Positions 4,319 to 9,320 of a DNA stretch of 9,320 nucleotides are shown here, piece by piece; position 1 is the first letter of the stretch, and the number at the start of each line of letters is the position of its first letter. This DNA comes from a virus (lineage: Duplodnaviria > Heunggongvirae > Uroviricota > Caudoviricetes): IMG/VR virus record IMGVR_UViG_2651869781_000010; one strand, written 5' to 3'. The position numbers were made by a program, and so were the translations under genes. The notes under the pieces were generated by a model that was not told where the DNA came from, did no database searches, and saw only the letters and a list, made by a program, of their open reading frames with translations.

Positions 4319-6991
4319 TTAACCCGGCACCTCGCTGTTGAAGACATAGAGCCTGCGGGGATTCATCTCTGGCGGGCGAATGGTTGTCTGGAGTTTGCCA
4401 TCAGTGGAGGGCAGCAGGTATCCACGATCTACGCACAGACGCGCCACCTTGCGCGGGTCAAATCCCCTGCAGATTTCTTTCCAGCCGGACGGCATGACAT
4501 AGAACGTAGTGACAGCTTCCGTGCCCTGCGCGGTACTGCCTTTCTCCACCCTGCGCCAGCCCACCATATTGCCGGGGCGGTTGCGCTCGTCATACCAGTC
4601 TGCAAAGCGGCTGTACTGATTCGCGGTAAAGAAACTGCGAACCTGCTCCAGTGCGGCGATATCTTCCTGATTGGCGGTGTGCCCGCGATCTTTCAGCCAT
4701 GCGTTCAGGCAGACGCGGGTTGCCCGCAGTGCTTCACCCTCAGGCCAGCCGGTGATACCCAGACGGGTTGCCAGTTCACCTGCCATCGCCACCAGTGCAA
4801 AGCGGTTCACAGCCCGGCCCACCTGATTGCCTGCATCTTTAGGAGTCAGGGCGGCAGCATATTCCTTCATCAGCGATTTTGCCTGTGCCGTTAGTCCGTT
4901 AAGATCAGCGGTCAGTGCTTTCAGCCACTCCCGGAACGGCGAACCGTAGTAGCAGGACGTGGCCCATTCAAGATGCTCTGCCAGAGCCTTGCCGCTGTCG
5001 AAGCCGTGCAGCTCCTCAAAAACGCCAAACTTCCCGGAATCGCTTGGGATCTGGATCATCCTGACTTCCATCCCGGCAAAAGTACGCTCACCGGCCTTTG
5101 CCGCATGTTCGGTCAGAGACAACTCGCCAGTTGAAAAGAACAACAGGCGCCACTGCTTACGGGTACGCAGCTCACCGTCCGTACCGGCACGGCCCTTGCC
5201 CTGACCGTTTGCCAGCATGTAGGCGATATTGCCTGCCTCGCGTCCGTCAACTTCCCGGATCTCATCAAGCATCATGGCGGCATCGTTGCGGCGGCTGGCG
5301 CATCCCTCCAGCGCGTTGCCGGTGGCCCGCCATGTCTGCCAGTAGTCAGGCCCGCCGCAGACGGAGGTTGCCGCTTTCATGGTGGTGGTCTTACCGTCTG
5401 TCGATTCCCCTTTTAGGTGGTAGCCGCCGCCGTCCATACCAACCAGCCGTAACAGTGGTGCAGCAAAGGCCAGGCTGACAGCAAATGCCACGCGGGAGTT
5501 GCCGGTACAGTAGCGGGATACATGCTCCCGCCATTCCTCTGTTGTGCCCGACACGCGGAAATCACGCCCCTGCACGGAAGTGGTCTGGAGAATGACACCC
5601 TCTGCACCTTCACCGCTGACCTCATCCTGCAGGACGTAAACCTGACCATGCCAGCCAGTACGACTGACGCAGGTCACGCGGCGTTCCGGTTTACACAGTG
5701 AGATATATTCCATCAGGCGTGCGCGTGCCTCACCGGTGGTGCTGATATAAGACAGCCCGTTAACCAGCAGTACCCGGCGCAGTTCCTCACCACTGCCGCT
5801 CAGCATTTCCATCGGCATCGCCCAGCGGCGACACTCACCCCACGTATCTTCCCATTCCAGCAGTCGTCCGAAGTTACCGCCATCGGCATCGCAGGTGATT
5901 GCCGTCACGCGCAGCGGGCTGCATATTTTGACGTTCTGGATCTCCGTCTCACCGTTGCGCTGTACCTGCTTTTCATACCAGAGATATTCCTGGGTAAGAC
6001 GGAACCCGTGCGGCAGTTGCGTGCGGCCTTCCCCGCACAGTACCAGACCGTTGCGAAAGGCTTCACGGGCACGGGTAATACCGTGCTCCCGATGAAAGTC
6101 ATTCCAGTCAGCCTTAATCTCTCCTGGTGGCAGGGTCATCCAGCCGCCAACAGCTTTTGCCGCCCGTTCAGCAAAGGCTCTGCCGGGATTCTCACCCCCG
6201 TCCTGAAAATCGTTATCACCGGCGATGATAATTTTTACCTCAGGCCAGCGTGCCCGCAGCGACTGCGCCACATTGGGCAGGTTGCCCGCAGATATGGCAG
6301 CCACTACGCATCCGGCAGTGAGCTGGCTTACCGTCAGCGCCGTAGCGTAACCTTCGGTAATCACCACCTGTACCGGTGGTTCAGACGGTAACGGGCTGAG
6401 CGACACAAACGCGCCTTTCATCGTGCTGCCGGGCAGTATGCTTTTTTCACCCGTCGGGGCGATAAGCTGTGCACCGGTCACGGCTCCGGTGTTGGTCGTG
6501 AGTGGTAACAGCAGGGAACCGGTAGGAAAATCCTTACCGCTGATATGCTGCACGCTTCCGGTCAGAGAGGCCGGGTATCCGGCGAACCCTTTTCCTGTCA
6601 GATAGGCGCTTTCTCCCGTGTGGCTCTCTTTCATCAGCGCCGCCACGGTAAGACCCATGTCGCGTTTAGGGGCTTTTTGTCTGGCAGGCTTAACAGGCAG
6701 TTCCTGCACATCCGGCACATTAAGCACCTGCGCCACCTCCTGCGCAGCCTTTCTGACGCTGTAACCGGTTACGAGCTTAACCAGATCCAGACCGTCACCA
6801 TTGCCACACTGGCTGCAGATCCACGTCCCGCGCCCGTCAAGGTCATCAAGGCGAAAACGATCCTTGCCCCCACATTTCGGGCAGGGACCGTGCCTGCCGT
6901 TTTCAGGTACATCAATACGCAGCATCTGCAGAATAACGGGCCATTTCCCCCGTGCGGCGGCTGAAATCTGCGTAACCGTCTGTATTGTCAT
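4319..6991 (-). CDS. P4 alpha-like primase/helicase (N-terminal zinc ribbon, TOPRIM primase domain, SF3/D5-type P-loop NTPase), 890 aa
   Basis: CPKCGG...CSQCG zinc ribbon near the N-terminus. VVITEGYATALT and IIAGDNDFQDGGENPG are TOPRIM acidic motifs. Walker A GESTDGKTT lies mid-protein. The ATG at 6991 overlaps the upstream stop (ATGA) and has a GAGGGGG Shine-Dalgarno sequence. The iterons lie just downstream. Confidence 0.9.
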   Translation of the reverse strand: MTIQTVTQISAAARGKWPVILQMLRIDVPENGRHGPCPKCGGKDRFRLDDLDGRGTWICSQCGNGDGLDLVKLVTGYSVRKAAQEVAQVLNVPDVQELPVKPARQKAPKRDMGLTVAALMKESHTGESAYLTGKGFAGYPASLTGSVQHISGKDFPTGSLLLPLTTNTGAVTGAQLIAPTGEKSILPGSTMKGAFVSLSPLPSEPPVQVVITEGYATALTVSQLTAGCVVAAISAGNLPNVAQSLRARWPEVKIIIAGDNDFQDGGENPGRAFAERAAKAVGGWMTLPPGEIKADWNDFHREHGITRAREAFRNGLVLCGEGRTQLPHGFRLTQEYLWYEKQVQRNGETEIQNVKICSPLRVTAITCDADGGNFGRLLEWEDTWGECRRWAMPMEMLSGSGEELRRVLLVNGLSYISTTGEARARLMEYISLCKPERRVTCVSRTGWHGQVYVLQDEVSGEGAEGVILQTTSVQGRDFRVSGTTEEWREHVSRYCTGNSRVAFAVSLAFAAPLLRLVGMDGGGYHLKGESTDGKTTTMKAATSVCGGPDYWQTWRATGNALEGCASRRNDAAMMLDEIREVDGREAGNIAYMLANGQGKGRAGTDGELRTRKQWRLLFFSTGELSLTEHAAKAGERTFAGMEVRMIQIPSDSGKFGVFEELHGFDSGKALAEHLEWATSCYYGSPFREWLKALTADLNGLTAQAKSLMKEYAAALTPKDAGNQVGRAVNRFALVAMAGELATRLGITGWPEGEALRATRVCLNAWLKDRGHTANQEDIAALEQVRSFFTANQYSRFADWYDERNRPGNMVGWRRVEKGSTAQGTEAVTTFYVMPSGWKEICRGFDPRKVARLCVDRGYLLPSTDGKLQTTIRPPEMNPRRLYVFNSEVPG

Positions 6992-7371
6992 ACTTCCCCC
7001 TCATACAACGTCACACCGGTACTGCAGAAGTCATCAAAGGCCGCCGGAAGCGTGCGGTACATCTCCGCCATCACTTCACAGCCGCGCGCGGTCAGTACCG
7101 GCGGCGCGGTCAGCAGTGATGGCTCCAGCATGTCAGTCAGCAGTGCCAGCGCGGCAGCGGCGCCCTGCACTTCGCCGTACTCGTTAATCAGTACGCACTC
7201 GATATGCAGCGCAATGGCCATTTCAATACGCTCCACCGTCAGGCTGTGCGGACCATACTGATCACTGCCAGTTTCGTTCAGCATTTTCTGCCGCCATGCT
7301 GAAGCAATAGCCCGCCGGTAAAGCGCGGTGGTCATTTCTACCGGGAAAATGGAAACCTGCGGCTGGTTCAT
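6988..7371 (-). CDS. hypothetical protein (127 aa), primase-operon gene
   Basis: ORF with ATG at 7371..7369, AAGGAGG upstream, and 4-nt ATGA overlaps with both neighbours. GC-rich codon usage matches the primase. No motif recognised. Confidence 0.6.
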   Translation of the reverse strand: MNQPQVSIFPVEMTTALYRRAIASAWRQKMLNETGSDQYGPHSLTVERIEMAIALHIECVLINEYGEVQGAAAALALLTDMLEPSLLTAPPVLTARGCEVMAEMYRTLPAAFDDFCSTGVTLYEGEV

Positions 7372-7652
7372 CTGGCACCTCCTTCAATCAGTGCGCAGCT
7401 GTGTGCAATATCCGTCAAATCTGCCAGCAGGTACTCCATCAGCGCGGCGACACCATGCGCACAGCCAGCGTCCAGTGCTCCGGCCTGAGACGGGTATTCA
7501 GAAAAGAGAAGCTGGAGCATGTCGCAGGCATTTTTTGCGCGGGTCAGCTTTCCGAAACTGTCCTCTGACAACCCATAGGCAAAAGCACCGGTATTGTGTT
7601 TTTCAGGCAAAGTGTGGCCCTGAGCACCGTTGTGCCCGTTTGAAATATTCAT
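7368..7652 (-). CDS. hypothetical protein (94 aa), primase-operon gene (position and size reminiscent of P4 epsilon, unverified)
   Basis: ATG at 7652..7650 with GGAG 9 nt upstream. The stop overlaps the next ATG. No motif recognised. Confidence 0.55.
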   Translation of the reverse strand: MNISNGHNGAQGHTLPEKHNTGAFAYGLSEDSFGKLTRAKNACDMLQLLFSEYPSQAGALDAGCAHGVAALMEYLLADLTDIAHSCALIEGGAR

Positions 7653-7683
7653 CGTGGATTACTCCGTTTTCAGCGGTATTTTG

Positions 7684-8043
7684 TCAGAGAAACTTTGAAT
7701 AGTGACCGTCGTCAGGCTCAGCAGAACGCCATATGCTACGCTCCCGCCAGCGGATAAATAGCACAGACGGATGCAGTGTCAGCGGGCCGGAACCACTACC
7801 GCCTGCAGGAGCTGGTGCAGGCTTAAAGAGCGGTACATCAAACAGGCGCGTATACCGCTGTTCAAACCATGCCAGAGGGCAGGAAGAAAGCTGGTTGTCG
7901 CTGTCATGACGTATCAGCACTTCACAGCTGAATTCAGGATTAACCAGCGCCACAGAGGGCGAGGCTTTAATTAATCGGATAATCGTGACCGTCCAGCCAC
8001 GTTCATGCTGCCAGCGTTCGCCGGGTTGCGGATAATTACGCAT
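7684..8043 (-). CDS. hypothetical protein (119 aa from the ATG), primase-operon gene
   Basis: The track ORF starts at a TTG at 8073. The ATG at 8043..8041 (MRNYPQPGERW...) with GGAGG 5-6 nt upstream is preferred. Contains a Pro/Gly-rich linker (KPAPAPAGGSGSGP). Confidence 0.55.
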   Translation of the reverse strand: MRNYPQPGERWQHERGWTVTIIRLIKASPSVALVNPEFSCEVLIRHDSDNQLSSCPLAWFEQRYTRLFDVPLFKPAPAPAGGSGSGPLTLHPSVLFIRWRERSIWRSAEPDDGHYSKFL

Positions 8044-8212
8044 GTTCACCTCCGCAGGGAATGCGCCCGGCAAAGCTCAGTACATAGTCCGGGGCAAGTC
8101 TGCGCCGCGCTGATCGCTCGTTATCTGCGGTGATCCTTAACATCACCGGACGGGCATTACGTTGACTGCGGTTGATCGCCGCAAATAACCAGGTACACTT
8201 CTCTTTAGCCAT
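8036..8212 (-). CDS. small hypothetical protein (58 aa), first ORF of the primase operon
   Basis: ATG at 8212..8210 with GAGG 9 nt upstream. Translates as MAKEKCTWLFAAINRSQRNARPVMLRITADNERSARRRLAPDYVLSFAGRIPCGGEHA. Its TAA (8038..8036) overlaps the ATG of the next gene by 8 nt. It is the 3' part of the 244-aa track ORF 8036..8770, whose upstream portion looks spurious. Confidence 0.35.
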   Translation of the reverse strand: MAKEKCTWLFAAINRSQRNARPVMLRITADNERSARRRLAPDYVLSFAGRIPCGGEHA

Positions 8213-8287
8213 CTTCGTTGCCTCATATAGCGGTTTGGTCAGAAGCCCGGTTAGTGTTGCTGCACTGTCGGGCTTCGCACTCACAAG

Positions 8288-8380
8288 GTGAATCGCACCT
8301 TCACTTTTAAAGCTACCCTTAAGTGAATCGCACTTCAAGTCTTTTATTATCATTTTTTTTGCGTATACTGAATCGCACCT
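8288..8380. promoter_or_regulatory. divergent control region: three direct repeats (candidate operators) plus the -10 element of the plus-strand regulator gene
   Basis: GTGAATCGCACCT (8288-8300), GTGAATCGCACTT (8323-8335) and CTGAATCGCACCT (8368-8380). The third overlaps a TATACT -10 (8364-8369) located 30 nt upstream of the ATG at 8400, which has AAGGAG at 8386-8391. The region separates the primase operon (minus) from the RHH-like gene (plus). Confidence 0.5.
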
Positions 8381-8399
8381 AACGCAAGGAGATCCAGTA

Positions 8400-8585
8400 A
8401 TGGCAACGGGTTCAACTAACAACAAGTCGCAGCAACTTAATGCTCGTTTCCCACATGATGTAGTTGCAGAATTAGAAAGCAACCTTGAAGATGGGGAAAC
8501 GAAAGCGCAATTTATTGTTACCGCTGTAAAAGGCGAGATTAAACGCCGACAGCGCAGGAAAAATAAGCTAGAGCAAGTAAGCTGA
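8400..8585 (+). CDS. small DNA-binding regulator, probably ribbon-helix-helix type (61 aa)
   Basis: ATG at 8400 with AAGGAG 8 nt upstream. The segment QLNARFPHDVVAELESNLEDGETKAQFIVTAVKGEI has a strand-helix-helix pattern typical of Arc/CopG-like proteins, followed by a basic tail (KRRQRRKNK). A terminator follows. Confidence 0.55.
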   Translation: MATGSTNNKSQQLNARFPHDVVAELESNLEDGETKAQFIVTAVKGEIKRRQRRKNKLEQVS

Positions 8586-8648
8586 ATAGAGAAGCGAATA
8601 GACGTTCTCTCAGATTCCATGCTAATTTCAGTAAGCGACAATATTTTT

Positions 8649-8680
8649 AAGCCCACAAACTCATTTTGTCGGGCTTTTTT
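8649..8680 (+). terminator. Rho-independent terminator after the RHH-like gene
   Basis: Stem AAGCCCACA (8649-8657) / TGTcGGGCTT (8667-8676) with a one-base bulge and a 9-nt loop, followed by a T-run (8675-8680). It sits between the convergent RHH-like and AlpA-like genes. Confidence 0.5.
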
Positions 8681-8681
8681 A

Positions 8682-8912
8682 TTAGTGATTTTCATGCCGT
8701 TCACCACGAGAGGCATATATTTGCTCTTGAATCCAGTGATCGACTTCGCTTTCAACAAATGAAATTGCACGAGTTCCTATTTTCACCGGGCGGGGAAATG
8801 TATTGTTTGAAAGCTGTTTGTAAAGCCATGCCTTGCTACGCTGAACGCGTCTTAACACCTCTTTTGCTGAGATAAGGGTCTGATTCTCTGAAAGGTTGTT
8901 TGCATATTCCAT
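8682..8912 (-). CDS. alpA: AlpA/Vis-family phage transcriptional regulator / excisionase-like protein (76 aa from the ATG)
   Basis: ISAKEVLRRVQRSKAWLYKQLSNNTFPRPVKIGTRAISFVESEVDHWIQEQI matches the AlpA/Vis helix-turn-helix signature (...S.STIYR....G.FP.PIKLG.R...W...E...WI). The track ORF begins at a GTG at 8957. The ATG at 8912..8910 with GGAG 8 nt upstream is preferred. Confidence 0.8.
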   Translation of the reverse strand: MEYANNLSENQTLISAKEVLRRVQRSKAWLYKQLSNNTFPRPVKIGTRAISFVESEVDHWIQEQIYASRGERHENH

Positions 8913-9193
8913 CTTGTTACTCCGTGTTCTGCTTAAGTTCACGGTGACTTTAAACACTGAAAAAAAGTCATTCTAGTGATAATGGAATCTATTAAGACAA
9001 ACACTGATTCTATTGAAATGTGATGATTTCCACTGAAAAAAAAGAAACGATATTCATATGAAAGAACACAAGAAGAAGGAAATGCACAAATATAAAATCA
9101 ATAAAATTCATATAGATAGGATGAAAAATCAAAAAAATCATACGTCAAAAGGTATTATTACGTATTATCGATTCATATTACTCAGGAATTACC

Positions 9194-9248
9194 ACAGTAT
9201 TACACTGTATTACCCCCTATAGCCCCTTAGAGCCTCTTGTAGCCCCTT
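9194..9248. repeat. two sets of tandem decamer-scale direct repeats in the AT-rich region upstream of alpA
   Basis: ACAGTATTAC (9194-9203) directly followed by ACTGTATTAC (9204-9213). Then TAGCCCCTT (9220-9228), a degenerate copy AGAGCCTCTT (9229-9238) and TAGCCCCTT (9240-9248) with roughly 10-bp periodicity. Confidence 0.4.
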
Positions 9249-9320
9249 CTAATGAGAGATATACAGAAAGTAATTAATAAATTCACTCTCCGTATTTTAT
9301 AATGTCTTTACCCAACTTTA

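Noticed and set aside
3954-4347. ORFs 3954..4322 (+, 122 aa) and 4132..4347 (-, 71 aa)
   Set aside because: Both lie across the iteron array in the primase/late-operon intergenic region. The reading frames are created by the repeats and have no convincing start context.
4679-6964. Multiple plus-strand ORFs (60-139 aa) inside the primase gene
   Set aside because: They are antisense to a long, well-supported CDS in GC-rich DNA, where spurious open frames are common. Their Arg/Pro/Ser-rich composition is typical of antisense translation.
7052-7974. Plus-strand ORFs 7052..7261, 7328..7702 and 7771..7974, and the minus-strand track start at 8073 (TTG)
   Set aside because: Antisense to the coupled primase-operon ORFs. 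For the 129-aa track ORF the internal ATG at 8043 with GGAGG is the more credible start.
8036-8770. 244-aa minus-strand ORF spanning the divergent control region and running antisense through the RHH-like gene
   Set aside because: It crosses the repeat/promoter region and overlaps a better-supported plus-strand gene. Its upstream two-thirds is low-complexity with no RBS. Only the last 58 codons (8036-8212), which have their own ATG and Shine-Dalgarno sequence, were kept, at low confidence.
9058-9219. Lys-rich 53-aa plus-strand ORF (MKEHKKKEMHKYKINK...)
   Set aside because: No Shine-Dalgarno sequence, and it lies in AT-rich leader DNA where A-rich frames translate to poly-Lys by chance. More likely the alpA promoter region.
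1-9320. tRNA/att site, integrase, transposase or IS elements
   Set aside because: None recognisable in the window. The integration module is presumably beyond one of the window edges, so the placement of the cargo in the psu-to-int hotspot is inferred, not observed.

Overview
The window is the late/replication half of a P4-like phage satellite (GC-rich, about 2100-8600) with an AT-rich three-gene cargo cassette at its variable end (1 to about 2100, running off the window at position 1). Almost everything is on the minus strand. From high to low coordinates: an AlpA/Vis-family regulator (8682-8912); a divergent small RHH-like regulator on the plus strand (8400-8585) with three direct repeats in the shared control region; a tightly coupled operon of four small ORFs ending in an 890-aa zinc-ribbon/TOPRIM/SF3-helicase primase (8212 down to 4319); an iteron cluster (4097-4292); a late operon of a Sid-like, a Psu-like and an Ogr/Delta zinc-finger gene (3918 down to 2349) behind a promoter with two TGT-N12-ACA dyads; and a terminator hairpin (2306-2328). 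The cargo operon encodes a 315-aa protein with an Mrr-like PD-(D/E)xK nuclease motif, a 79-aa helical protein, and an ABC/SMC-type ATPase with an atypical P-loop (first 258 codons only). Its overlapping stops and starts indicate one operon, and the architecture resembles Lamassu/ABC-3C-type anti-phage systems, placed where P4-like satellites are known to keep defence hotspots. No rRNA, tRNA, CRISPR array or transposase was seen. All functional calls come from motifs read by eye and from remembered family signatures; no database search was possible.
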